The notes under the pieces are model-generated. The model ran no database searches. It saw only the letters and a list, made by a program, of their open reading frames with translations, and was not told the DNA's origin. A program made the position numbers and the translations under genes. Shown here piece after piece: positions 11,826 to 24,532 of a stretch of DNA of 37,407 nt; position 1 is the first letter of the stretch, and each line of letters opens with the position of its first letter. The DNA comes from Octopus bimaculoides (Eukaryota): the NCBI RefSeq assembly GCF_001194135.2, contig NC_068983.1, positions 114,296,920-114,334,326 of the forward strand, given 5' to 3'.

Positions 11826-13470
11826 CCACCTCTTTTTAAATTTTTTTCTTCAAATTTTCAATTTTTTTTTGAGGCATATGGCATTTGATGGGGCGGGGGA
11901 AATGGGGGTAAGTGGGTTTTATGTGTGTTTTGAAGTGTGATATTTTGTTCAGGGTCAATTCTGTAATACCTATTAGAAAAAGTTTCAATTCTCATTAATG
12001 GAATTTATTTTATATTCATTGTTATCTTAAATTTTAATTTAATGATGGATATGAATTATAGATATACTGAATAAAATTAATTAGATGTTTCAGAAGTGAT
12101 AGGAGTGTTAAATTTGGGAGGAAATAGTAAATGTTTAAAACAAAACAAGATAAAAAAAAACAAAACAAAGAATTTCATCTTAACTGTGAAAAGTAAGATG
12201 ACTACATAATAATTTTTTTCTTAAAGAAGTTGATTAATGATATATAGCAACAAGAGCATAGATAGATATTCTGAGTAAAAAATAGATAATTATTAGCAAT
12301 GATTTGTCTAATTAAAAATATATACATGTATGTGAAAGAAATGACCAGTTCCTAATATGCAAATATATCTTTGAACATGCTCATGATGTTGTCCTGTGGT
12401 TGTTGTTCTTAACTTTTTATCACTTTTCACAGTTTGACTTCTACTGTTAGTTAAAAATATAATAGAGTGTATAATAGCTTCATTAGAAAAAATACACAAA
12501 GAATCATTTCAGGTTTCATGAAAGAAACAGCACCAGAAATTTTATATAAAAATACTGGAGATATGAGATTCATCTAGGTAATTTTTTATATATATATAAA
12601 AAAGGTTGCAATTTAAAAGGTTGAAGAAATTTATCAACTAGGTTAATTAATAATTGCTTGCAATGCTGTGAAATAAGCATTGCTTAATCTCAAGGTAAAT
12701 TTCAAAAACAATGCATCTCGAGAATTTTCAGTAAGAAGACATAGCAAAATTACTTGAGGCAGTTAATGTTGATGATTAAGTACTAAAGCATTTAATGTTT
12801 ATTAAATAAATAATAAAAAAAATTGCCACTTGATCAAAAATATATATATATATTTGAAAGGATATGAAGATAAATTGATCCTGGCAAAATCTGTAAATTA
12901 ACATATAGGTAAAAAAAAAAAATCATAGAAAACTCAACAAACCATGCTGAGTAAAGAACAAACTGTGTACTAAACAACACTGTCAAGGTTGTCATGGGTT
13001 AAATAACACCCGCCACCTGAAGACCTATTGTAGATTAAGAATTTTAAATAATTTGGCCATGTAGGATTAAATACCAATTAGTTTGTTGAGAGTAGTTGAA
13101 CAATGATTCTAAAGATATAATAATTACATTGTTCAATGATATATAAGAAAAACTTCAGATCTTAATGTTATAACTGATAAAGTCTATAGTTAATCCTTTA
13201 TTACATTTATTTTTACCGACTTCTTAGTATCTTGTTGGTTTTTAAGCTAATGCAGTCTGACCCTGCAATTAGTTGAAATATCCTTCACATGACATTTATT
13301 GCTTTCATCTCTATAATAAATAATTAAAATGTGCGTGAAAGTCTATATACAAGACATATATGCCTTGGGAAAAATGAAAAGCTTATATATATATATATAT
13401 ATATACATACATGCATATATATATACATACATGCATATATATATACATACATGCATACATACATACGTAC

Positions 13471-13513
<43 letters not shown>

Positions 13514-15026
13514 GAAGCTTTAGATAATGAGATACAATTGTTTAACCCTAACCACCCATCATGTTTTCCTTCCACACAGTAGAAGAGTCGAGAGCAACAT
13601 AGCACTAAATGATAACTGCCTAGAAATCATATATAAAATAATAATCTTTATATTTTTGTATGCTTTTTTTTCATACTTTGGTAAAAAATTAAAAAATTAG
13701 AATACATTTTTACATTTTAGTATAAAATGTGAGAGCTATGCATGTAAATGCTATGTATGCTTACACGTATATATATGCGTATATTCACATACATGCAGTT
13801 ACATACATAGGTGTATTTATATATGCACATACACTTATTCCTATGTTTTTAAAAGTTTCTTTTTATTTATTTTTAGAATTTTTTAAACTTTTTGTTGACG
13901 TTTTAAATTTCAGTATAGAAGTTTTATTAATCCATTATAAGAAATTCAGAAAAGCCTACAGAGATTTTAAAAAGAGTGACTAAATTCAAATATTTGCTCA
14001 TAGTGATATTCTGCCTAAAGATTCAACATTACTTATGATATAAACTAACACTAACCGATATGGTTTTCTTTTTTTACTTTGAAAGATGGTGCATGGAAAG
14101 ATAATTTGAGGAACTGAAACAATAGTATATACATGCCTAATATTTGATATATATTCAACTACAAATGACATATGTCTGTAAGGAATAGGAAGACTGGTTT
14201 ATATATATATATATATATATATATGATTTGGTTTCATTAAATGCTGTTTTAGTGTTTTTCTTTTTAATTGTTTTGTAGTGCATGTTTTCTGTTTATTTTT
14301 CAGTTAGTTTTTAATCGCTCAAATCATCTACAGAGATAGATAACTTTTCCAACATCGATTTCACATACTAACTACTAGAGTTATATATATATAGTTAAAA
14401 TAATAGAGGGGGAAAAATGTTGGGGAGTAAAAAAAAAAAAAAACGAAAATATTCACTCTTTCTAGCTTTTCCCTGAAATTTAAAATACATGTATAGTTAT
14501 ATATATATATAAAAGAATTGTGAAATACACATTATTTGGTTTGGTTTTGTATATAACACAATATATTATTTTTAGATTACCACAGATGGATAATTAACCA
14601 TGAGCTGTAATAGAGAGAAACTCTCTCTATTGACAACCAAACATGTGAGTCTATAGAAGTCTGTCTTGATGCATCTGCTTGAATATATACACAGATATCA
14701 TCATATATATATTTTATGCTTTGTGACCTTCTTGTGTACGTGTATGTGTTTGTATAAAGTTATGTTTCTCTAGATAAATTGTGTACCATAGCACTTAATT
14801 CAAATGTAATGTCCCCCTTTACATCCAAATTTGAGTCGGTTAAAAATAATGATTCCTTGTTTTCTGCCATTTATCCAGTGGCTCTATTTGGTGTGGCAGT
14901 TTTCCATACTCTGCCAAATCCAAGAGTTCTGTGTTTTATATACACACACATATATATATATATATATATGTTTATATATCTATGTTTGATAGCGGTACTG
15001 CCACTATTTTCTGGTTCCCTTTATTT

Positions 15027-15107
15027 TCACAACCATAACAGACCATCTACTTTAGAATTACTCAATACAGTCTCAACATCATTTAACAGTTCAGTTGTGA
15101 TATCTTC
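15027..15107 (-). CDS. YAP1: YAP/Yorkie terminal coding exon (EDITTELLNDVETVLSNSKVDGLLWL*)
   Basis: Acceptor ttttctcttgcag at 15108 and stop TGA at 15029-15027. LLNDVETVL...LWL matches YAP1 ILNDMESVL...LTWL and TAZ LFNDVESAL...LTWL. Confidence 0.93.
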   Translation of the reverse strand, partial: EDITTELLNDVETVLSNSKVDGLLWL

Positions 15108-16437
15108 CTGCAAGAGAAAATTTAAAAAAGGCAAAGATGAAACATTTTTCAAGAAATTACAGTTAAAAAGCATTTAAAAATTAAAATCTAAACATCTTTG
15201 TTTATATTTTGTCAAAAGAACTAAATATTAATTTGCTAAATTAAACCAAAGTCTATCATATATGAACCATAGTGAAACTGAAAATATTTATCTATCTTAT
15301 ATGTAGTAAAATGACTAAAGCGAGTGAGTGAAAAAGAGAGAGAGAGAGAGGAGGAAGAGGAGAGACTAAAGAGTTACAAACAGAGAAAGGGAAAGAAAGG
15401 GAGAAAATGACTGGGAAGTGAGAGATAAAACATTTGAATTCCTGTCTTTTATTCCTAATTCATGATTTTAAATGGAAATATTTAAAATTTCGTGCTCTTT
15501 ATTTGAATCTGCAGTGGATCATCAAAATTTTTCTCTTGGTTTTAGAAATCAAATTTATATGAAAAGTAGAAGTTCATGATAGTTTTGTTAATACAAATTA
15601 TTCAACGTAATTTCTGTACATTATGACACCATCAATTAGACACAGTGTTAGCCATAATATGTATTAAACCAGGATCCCACCATTGCTTACAAAATAAATA
15701 TTCTGCTTTCTATATTATAAGTGGTATCTATAGTTTTATATGAGTTACACATAGCAATGGAGACAGCATTTCACATTCAGGGAGTTTGATTATATGGTAA
15801 TATTTTTACATATGTTATCAGGGCTCTGACTTAGTTACTTATATCAGTGCTTCATGATAAGATAATTTAGTCTTCATGTAGGAACTGTTATATAACATAT
15901 CATCATTAACTACAAATTTCTCTAGTTCATTTTTATTCATAAGTCTACCTTCTTATCTAATTGGCAGTGTATCCCCTTCTCTCTCTCTCTCTCTCTCTCT
16001 GTTTTTCCATCAAGGATATATACAGTTGCTCTGTGAGTTTTATTTACTATCTTTGTATTTGGCTAAAACACTGACATGTTATTTAGATAACTGAGTAATT
16101 ATATTTTAGTATTTATTAAAGGAAAAAGAACTTTACTGTATTTAATTAATTCTTTAAAATACAGTTTACTTCCTGAAATCTATCATAAAATCTGAACATT
16201 TTTCACTTACGGATTTTCTACAAGCACCTAAAAAATCTACAAATATGTAATAAATCAAAAAAGCACCTGTTGTTAGATAAGCTTGACCTGTGAAAATTTT
16301 TACTTGTGCAAATAAATAATAACTTAAACTACCTTTTTAATTATCACATTCATTTATGAAACCAGATTTTATTCTTCTTGTACTAATTTCCTCAATTTAG
16401 GCAAGAAAAAATATTTCAACAATAGGCATATTTATAA

Positions 16438-16669
16438 TTAACCCTTTTGTTACCATATTTCTGCTGAAATACAGTCTTTGTTTCAACTAATTTGGAAATA
16501 ATAAAGTATGTAGTGAAATAACTTTGCCATTATTAAACTGGTGTTTGAAACACAAATTAACATGAAATTTTGATGGAAAGTTTTAATTTTAGATCACTTT
16601 AAAATAGAAAGATTTCTATCAAATAATCAAGGGTGGTCCCAAGCAGTTTGATATAAAAGAAAAGGTTAA
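16438..16669. mobile_element. TTAA-CCC-bounded MITE (piggyBac-like); second decayed copy at about 27608-27830
   Basis: Ends are TTAACCCTTTT and AAAAGGTTAA. Internal blocks ATATTTCTG-TGAAATACA, AACATGAA and TTTAGATCACTTTAAAA are shared with 27620-27800. Confidence 0.7.
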
Positions 16670-17362
16670 ATAATAAATGAAAGGGCTCATTGGTGGGGCT
16701 TGTTACAAAATAAAGGATTATGTACTGAGCCATTGTTTAAATAATATACTTCATCAGCTCATATTCTGTATCCATTAAATATTCTCAAAAAAAGGTAGAA
16801 TACCTCAATGGAAAATGAATACACACACACAGCATTTTCTCACTTCAATTCTCTCATAAACACTTTTGGAGGATTAACATTAGAATGTGAGCAACTTAAA
16901 GTGGTAGTAAGTTCTCTAATCATGACACTAAGTATGCATAATCCCACAACACAAATGTCTCCAAGAATTATTCATTTCAATTTCCTTGCTTCTCACAACT
17001 TCAATTAATGTCTGTAGGTACCACTCTGGAGAGGCCACAATGTTAATTGTACCTTAAAAATAATACATGAAAATGTGACCCTTTAAGGATTACAAAATAT
17101 TTCAGTCTTATACATGTGATTTGTGTCCTGCATGGGTATATGTATATGTGAGACAAAGCCTTAACTAGGAGTTAGGTGAATGAGGAAGAAATAAGACAAG
17201 TCTTTCTGAGAATATATTTAGAAGACCTGATACCTATTCTTTGAAGATTTAGAATTTCATGTCTTGTCTAGAAATATTTATATACATACATCAACAAAAT
17301 CTAATAAAAATGGATTGAGAATTCATAGGAAAACATAAAATCAAACATAAAATTGAACTTAC

Positions 17363-17472
17363 TTGTAAACTTGGAACCAAATCATCGCTATCCATATTTG
17401 TGTTTTCACCACTGTCTCCAACATTCCCAATGTCCATGTTGCCAAAGTCACCTGGACTTTGCATTTTGTGCC
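17363..17472 (-). CDS. YAP1: YAP/Yorkie activation-domain exon (HKMQSPGDFGNMDIGNVGDSGENTNMDSDDLVPSLQ)
   Basis: Acceptor tttctaactag and donor GTAAGT at 17362-17357; 110 nt, phase 1 to 0. NMDSDDLVPSLQ matches YAP1 NIEGEELMPSLQ. Confidence 0.92.
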
Positions 17473-18095
17473 CTAGTTAGAAATTCAGGAAGATGACACT
17501 ATTAATTTCTATGGAAAATATGATTGGAGTTAGTTTTGTATTTTTTTTGTCACTGTTCACTAATTATCATATATTTCCCACACTGGATTGGATGATAAAT
17601 GAAAATTTAGTCATTGTCAATAAGAGGTAGCAATTATACCATGTAAATATACTGGAACTAACATAAAAGTAAAACATGTTACTTAACTAGTATCCTATGA
17701 CAAATTCCCCAAAACCTCATTGCAAAATAAGGGTAAACAAAAAATAGTAATTGTTTTGTCAGTACAAAGTAATATTGAAGAAATATTAAGCTACATCTGC
17801 CAGATATATCATATGAATTTAAGGAAACTTGAGTGTAAAAAAGGTGGATTGGGCTCCCAGCAGGAAAGTTGTTGTTTACTACATACCATGCTGATGATGG
17901 CAATGATTTTCACTATCTTATCATTAATAACATTGTGAAACATGACTTTAGATAATCATTATGAGAGAGGCAGGTGCTAGAATATGAAAGATATTCTAAT
18001 AAAGTAATTGAATGTCATCTAAAAGAAACAAGGATGAACTGAATATCTAGGAAGAATGAAAAAAAGAAAAAGTTAGGAAAAAAAAACCATTACTA

Positions 18096-18133
<38 letters not shown>

Positions 18134-18691
18134 TCTGTCTATCAGCAATAGTTTCTGTAATTTCAGACAATATTCTGACTTAAGGATTATCCCCCTTCCA
18201 TACAGTACAATCAAGTATGATAAATTCTGTATTCCATAATACTGATTCCAATGTTTATAGAAATTTATTTTTTACGTCTCGATTTATAGCCCCCCCCCCC
18301 CACATTTTTTGTTCCTGTCATGATTAAGTGCATGTATATTTATAAAACTATGCAAAATATACAATTAGTTCAAGTTAATGTTATGGCTAGTACATTCAAG
18401 ACAATGGTAGCACACTTCAGAAAATTCATAGCAATTGATTTCCAGAAATCCGGAACCTTCCTTTCTTTCAATTTTACTTCTTTGTAAATGGGATAGACTC
18501 TTCCTTACCCATTGCCTTGAAATAATGAGATAAGAGAGAGTCTCTCTCCACTTGCAAACCAATATATTACTGGTACTTTCATCAATGTTGGAGACATGAA
18601 ATGCAACGTCACTTCAACTGGATTTGAATCCAGTGAGACTAAACAATATTTTTACTTTCTCAGCTCACAATCCTTATTCTGTATAATAGAG

Positions 18692-18965
18692 ATCATCATC
18701 ATCATCATTTAATGCCCATCTTCTATGCATGCATGGGTAGGGCGCCTGACAGGAACTGGCCAAGTAGAAAAACTACCCTAGGCTACTGGGTCTGTTTTGG
18801 TGGGGATTTTATGGCTGGATGCCCTTCCTAACACCAACCACTCCATAGAGTTGACTCAGTGCTTTTTATGTGGTACTAGCACAGGTGAGGTTAGTTTTGG
18901 CATGATTTTTACAGCTGAATGCCCTTCCAAATGCCAGCTACATTACAGTGTGGACTGGATGCTTT
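18692..18965 (-). mobile_element. RTE-type 3' tail fragment
   Basis: (CAT)n, then TGCATGGGT...GCTGGATGCCCTTCCTAACACCAACC, the reverse complement of the RTE tail at 2330-2477. Confidence 0.75.
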
Positions 18966-19642
18966 TAATCATTTTGATTATATTGATTTATTTCATGGAA
19001 ATGTGAAGTAATCGATACATCAAATCCACTCTCAACCAAGGAAACAAAAATCATATAATAGCAATTTCTATCATGCTAAACATTTCTGTCTAGTAAAATC
19101 TTACTTCATTTCTTATATTTTAAAAATATTTTCTCCCAACTAATTCATTAACAACATTGTTTACATATAGAGCAGTTGTAGACAGTAACTATATAGTATT
19201 TAGAGCATGAATGTTGCCCTCTGAATAATTCATTTAAAACCAAGGAAAACAAACATTGATTTGATAGTGATTTGTTACCATTTTACAATCAAATACAGCA
19301 CATACACATATGTTGTATAGTATAGTGTATACTGTTGAGTTATGTTAGAATTATAAACATTATCAGACTATATTTGGTAAAATAGTGAAAGCAGATTAAA
19401 TGAAGAAAAAGCTTCCAACAACAAAAATTATGTTAATCAGTAACTAACATTTATCCATCTCTGCGGTAGTGTGTGAGATTTTTAATTGAGATATAACAGT
19501 AGAAATCTAAAAGAAAACATTTATTGCAAAGCCATAAATGTATTCTTATTTACTGAAACTAAGTATAAGAGGTTATACAGTATTTATCAGGAGTGTTTAT
19601 TATTAAACTTGCAACATGCATATGCACATATACACACAACTG

Positions 19643-20141
19643 TGTAGCTGAGTATTTCACTTCTCAACCAATGGTCCAGTCCCATTGTGTGGCTTTATGG
19701 GCAAGTGCCTTTTACTATAATCCTGAGTCAACCAAACCCTTGAGAGATTATATGGTAGTCTGAAACTGAAAAAAGCCTGTTTTATGTGTGCATACGTGTG
19801 AGTTTATATTTCTTAAGTCTACATACAAGCTTGTTCTTTGGTTCAAACAATGGCTTTGCTAATGGGTCATTTGCTATAAAAGCATGTCTGGGCTTCTTGA
19901 CATATTGTGTGATATTTGTAAACAAATAATTTCTCATTTTGGTGTCATTTGTTTCCATTTCTTCACATATGCATATCTGGGCAGTTTGCTGTTTGATAGA
20001 CTTGGAAATTATTACCTCACTCTGAAACAGGTGGGGGTTGGCATATGGAAGGGCATTCAGTTGCTGAATACTCTGATTCAACATATCTCACCTGACCCAA
20101 GCATACAAGTATGGGGGAAGTAGATGCTAAATGATGATGAT
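19643..20141 (+). mobile_element. Degenerate family A SINE with RTE-like tail
   Basis: CAGTCCCATTG...GGGCAAGTG...GAAACTGAAAAAAGCC, then GGAAGGGCATTCAG...ACCCAAGCATACAAGTATGG...ATGATGATG. Confidence 0.65.
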
Positions 20142-21619
20142 TAATCCTTTCATGCAAAACAAGTTTGTTGCTATGATCCTATTTCAAATTTTGGGGGCAT
20201 GAAGTGAGGAAAGAAACAAATGATATTTTGTAAGAATGTCAAAATAAAATAAGTCATTGGGCAAGAGACAACACACTACCAGCTTTTACTTTACATTTTT
20301 AAATACATGTAGTTGTCAGCAAATGCATTTGATCACTGTAATAATTGTTGCTAGATATAAGAAAATTAACTAAAAAATGATTTATTCTAAGAAAGATAAA
20401 CCATCAAAAATTAAATAAAATTTGACATAATCAAATCTGAACAATTAAATTGTAACTAAATGAAATGTAAAAAATAAGAGCTATGATAACAAAGAAATGT
20501 TTGATTTCATTCAGAAAAGAATTTCAATGTGATGATCAATCAGTAAACATTACAGCACATATCAACCATAGGTTGAGGTGGTAGCAAAGAAGACATTTGA
20601 AATAAGCAGAAAAAAAGACCATTGTTGATTAAATCCAAGACTAAGGATATATATTAGTACTTTATACAAGCCTTCAAATTATGTATGTTGGGTGAATGTA
20701 TACAGAAGAATATGCCTGACTGACGAGCATTAAAGTGTGACCTGGTGACACTTGAGATAAGGGGATAATGGGAAGAGGAGCTGATAAATGTGAAGATCTT
20801 ATAAAAATGTAAAAATCCCAAAAGGACAAATAGATATGTACTATAAACATTTGTGTCATAGTGTACTCTACAAAACTCCATTGTCATTTGTTAAAAGACA
20901 AAAGAAAAAAACACCTTTAATAATAAAGAAAAAAATGATGATTGACTAAAAATTATTTTACTTCATTCAAAAGATTATTTTCAATGTGGAATATCCCATT
21001 AATGAAACTTACTTTAACAAATATATTGAGACCTTTATAAAAACTAAGAGAGAAAAAGAAGGAAGAGGGTTTCATGTAAGTTGGAATTATCTGTTGTGGT
21101 AATTAATTGTATAGGAAAAGAGGTCCCAAACTGACAAATACAAGCTTCAAAAAAAAAAAAAAAAGCCCCAAAATTTTTTCCCTCTCTCTTTATTAATGAG
21201 AAAACAAAGCAGAGGTTGCATTCATTTAATTCTTGTTTCTTTACCATAATGTTGGGAAAATTTAAAGCCATCTTGTCAAGAGAATTTGCAGACCCTTTAG
21301 AGCACAAGATAGAATGTCTCATAATATTTGTTCTGGCTCTTTGCACTCTTTGCCAAGGTCAATAACAAAGTACCAAATCAGGGCGGTGGACTGGTGGCAC
21401 AGTAAGAATGTTGGTTCAGAAGATTGCAGTATTTGCTCTGTCTCTTTTGGATTTTGAGTTTAAATCTCACCATGGGCTTAACATCACCACTACTTGGAAC
21501 CAAAGTTGCCATAAGTAGAATTTCTGCTGTTTCAAACATTTGGGCCCAAGTCTCTGGTTTGAAGATACCTTCCTCCTTCCCTCTAAACACTTTTGGAGGC
21601 CTTGTAAAGAGTCATGAGC

Positions 21620-21873
21620 ACTGATTTTCCTAGTGGTTAGCGTGTTGTACTCATAATCACTAGACCATGGGTTTGATTCACAGACTGAAAATTTTCATTT
21701 CATGCCTCTCTGCAATCATTTTGACATCTGACATGTGGCACACTTGTGCACTTATACAGGCAATGTTAGTTTGATGGAGGGAGTGAACTTATGTAAGCAC
21801 AAACATTTAATAACTACAAACAAATCTGTGTGGTTCAGCATGAACTTGCAGAGCTCTCAAACATAATCTAACA
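21620..21873 (+). mobile_element. tRNA-headed SINE, family C (copy 1, runs into gap)
   Basis: CCTAGTGGTTAG-GTGTTG-ACTCA head and GGCAATGTT-ATTTGATGGAGGGAGTGA core are shared with 22846-23130. Confidence 0.75.
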
Positions 21874-21973
21874 NNNNNNNNNNNNNNNNNNNNNNNNNNN
21901 NNNNNNNNNNNNNNNNNNNNNNNNNNNNNNNNNNNNNNNNNNNNNNNNNNNNNNNNNNNNNNNNNNNNNNNNN

Positions 21974-22135
21974 TCGCTCAAATGTTTTTTCACGTGCCAG
22001 TAAGGCGACGCTGGTAACGATCATGTTCAAATGGTGCTACTTACATGCCACCGGCATGGAAGCCAGACAGCTGCTCTAGCAATGATCACGCTTGGATGGT
22101 GCGGTTAGAGCTCCACTGGCACAGGTGTCAGTCAT
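21974..22135 (-). mobile_element. Fragment resembling an RTE 3' UTR
   Basis: TTTTCACGTGCC and GGTGCTACTTACATGCCACC are the reverse complements of the GGCACGTAAAAGCACC-type units in the RTE UTRs at 2230-2310 and 5380-5400. Confidence 0.5.
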
Positions 22136-22565
22136 CAAATTATATATATATAATATTTAATCCATAATTGTTAGTGCAACAAAATATATTCTGTTAGACT
22201 AATGATTATGGATTGAATATTTTATTCACACTCAGGTTTATCTTTGAGTACTTAATTCTAAGTGGTAGAACATAGCTTCATTTTGAACTTGTCACTCTTT
22301 GGAAAATACATACATATCTATATCTATATCTATGGATATATAAAGCCTTAATTTTATTAAAATGGCAATTTGTTTACACAATTTTCCCCCTCACAGTCCA
22401 TTCCTTGCTATGAGAATCACTGGTGTAACAGATTCTGTTTATAAATAGATGGAATTGAATACATCACACTAAATAATACCACACACGCACACACACATGC
22501 ACTTAGACAAGTCTTCAAGTGTTCCAAAATCAGTAGGTAATAAATTTGTTACAATTGGTACTCAC

Positions 22566-22646
22566 CCCCATCTTGTGTGTCCATTTCATCTACATTTGAC
22601 AGGAAATCTTCGGAAGATTTTAAACTATAGTTGGTCCCCATTCCAC
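22566..22646 (-). CDS. YAP1: YAP/Yorkie exon (GGMGTNYSLKSSEDFLSNVDEMDTQDG-G)
   Basis: Acceptor aattattacag and donor GTGAGT at 22565-22560; 81 nt, phase 1 to 1. EDFLSNVDEMDT matches TAZ EDFLSNVDEMDT and YAP1 DDFLNSVDEMDT. The exon is too short for the ORF track. Confidence 0.93.
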
Positions 22647-22845
22647 CTGTAATAATTAGAAAATGTGTCACAGTTTTGTTCATCTCACTCACAATTTATC
22701 AAAAACTGTTTCCATTTTACTGCTATTTTCAAAGATGAAACTTTCAACAACTAAAAAAACATGTCTGCTTTAAAGATATAGAAGCTTTCTGTTTTACAAA
22801 ACAAAATATTATATACAATGTGAGAGAAGGGTCATATATATATAG

Positions 22846-23130
22846 CCAGAGGTGGTGAGGATTCATGGCCTAGTGGTTGGGGTGTTGCATTCACAATCAC
22901 CAGATCATGATTTTAATTCCTAAACCAGGTGGTGCGTGGTGTTCTTGAGCAGAGCACTGCAATCACTCTGACACCTGATATGTGGTACACCATGCACCTG
23001 TTCAGGCAATGTTGATTTGATGGAGGGAGTGAGCTAATGTACAGTGCATATATTTCATCACTATAAACAAATCAGCCGTGCAGGTCATTCAGCAAAAGCT
23101 GAGCACTCATACATCGTCTTCAATGGGAAA
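22846..23130 (+). mobile_element. tRNA-headed SINE, family C (copy 2)
   Basis: GGCCTAGTGGTTGGGGTGTTGCATTCAC head and the shared core with 21620-21873. Confidence 0.75.
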
Positions 23131-23587
23131 GTTTGTCATAGTCAGAGGTATTTTACACTAGCACAGTGACAAAGCAGCTGGAGAACTCCCACTTAATCAA
23201 GAAGACTCTTGTGGTAGTGTCATCAATGCACCACAGATGTATGATACCTGATGACGGCAGTATAAGTGGTATATATTTTATCAATCTTCAGAGGGATGAA
23301 AAATAAGATAATAAACTCATATTCTAAAACAGACAGAAATGTTAATGTAAAGCAACAAACTGAACTTTCCAGTGTCTCTCTACCAACCAACCAACCAACC
23401 AACCAGTCAACCAACCAACCACACTGATTTATTAGGGTAAAAGGAAAATAATGGTAATTGGACTGAAATGCATATGTTTATGTGGATGTAAGCAACCATA
23501 TATGTTTCATAATCAATGGTAAAAAGAAAAATTAATATGAATAAAAGTATATATATAAACACAAACACTTTCACACACAAGTACGCA

Positions 23588-23975
23588 GTTGCAGGTGTGA
23601 CTGTATAGTAAGAAGTTCGCTTTCCAATCACATGGTTCTGAGTTCAATTCCACTATGTTCCATGCCAACCAAAGTCATGTGAGTCGATTTGGTAGATGGA
23701 AACTGAAAGAAGCCTATTGTGTGTGTGTGTGTGTGTGTTATTGTCTCCTTGCTTTGACATTCTGTGATAGTCGTAGATGAATGCCACCCTCATGCAAGCA
23801 GTGTCCTTTGTACTGAATTATCTGTAAAAACATGTCTGGTTATGGGAAAATATTACATTACTTGGAAACAGGTGAAGGTTAGTGATTGGAAGGGCATACA
23901 ACTGTAGAAAAGCTACCTCAATAAAATTCCATCCACCCCATGTGAGCATGGAAAAGTGGATATAAAAATGCTGAT
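23588..23975 (+). mobile_element. Family A SINE with RTE-like tail (tail type 2)
   Basis: CCAATCACATGGTTCTGAGTTCAATTCC...GATTTGGTAGATGGAAACTGAAAGAAGCC, (TG)n, then ACTTGGAAACAGGTGAAGG...GCATGGAAAAGTGG. Confidence 0.75.
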
Positions 23976-24198
23976 ATATATATATTATGGGTAATACAAT
24001 GTCAAATGAGCTAAGACAATAGGTATAATACAATCAATGCTCAGTAATCAGGTTAAATTTTTGCCTAAATCCCAGTTTTAAATGAAGAAATGTGATAGCT
24101 GCCTAAATGAAAAATGGCTATTGGCACTCTTCATTATAACAAAAGCATAAAGGCAGACAACAGGTATCATATATATTAGATTATGACATATTTATACT

Positions 24199-24231
<33 letters not shown>

Positions 24232-24532
24232 AACAAATACGTAAAAGATTATATAGACCAGGTCAGGAAAAGTCTCAGACTGTGGAGAGTTCTTAATAGT
24301 TGCAATGTAAACAAGTAAACTCCAGAATAAAGACAGAAAGGAAATCCATAGTGTTGATATGACATAGTTTGGTAGGTTGGTAGGTGAATAGTGTCACAGG
24401 TAAAAACTTTGAAAATGATATCATTGCTTATAAACAGGAGATAAATACAGAATGATTCATTTGCAACTTGGAATGAAGACTCTTTTATGAACAGGAGAAG
24501 CTCAGATAAATGCAGGGAAAGGTCTATTTCCC

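Noticed and set aside
11461-11940. Long ORFs spanning N runs (also 32090-32980 and 33444-33903)
   Set aside because: Artefacts of assembly gaps.
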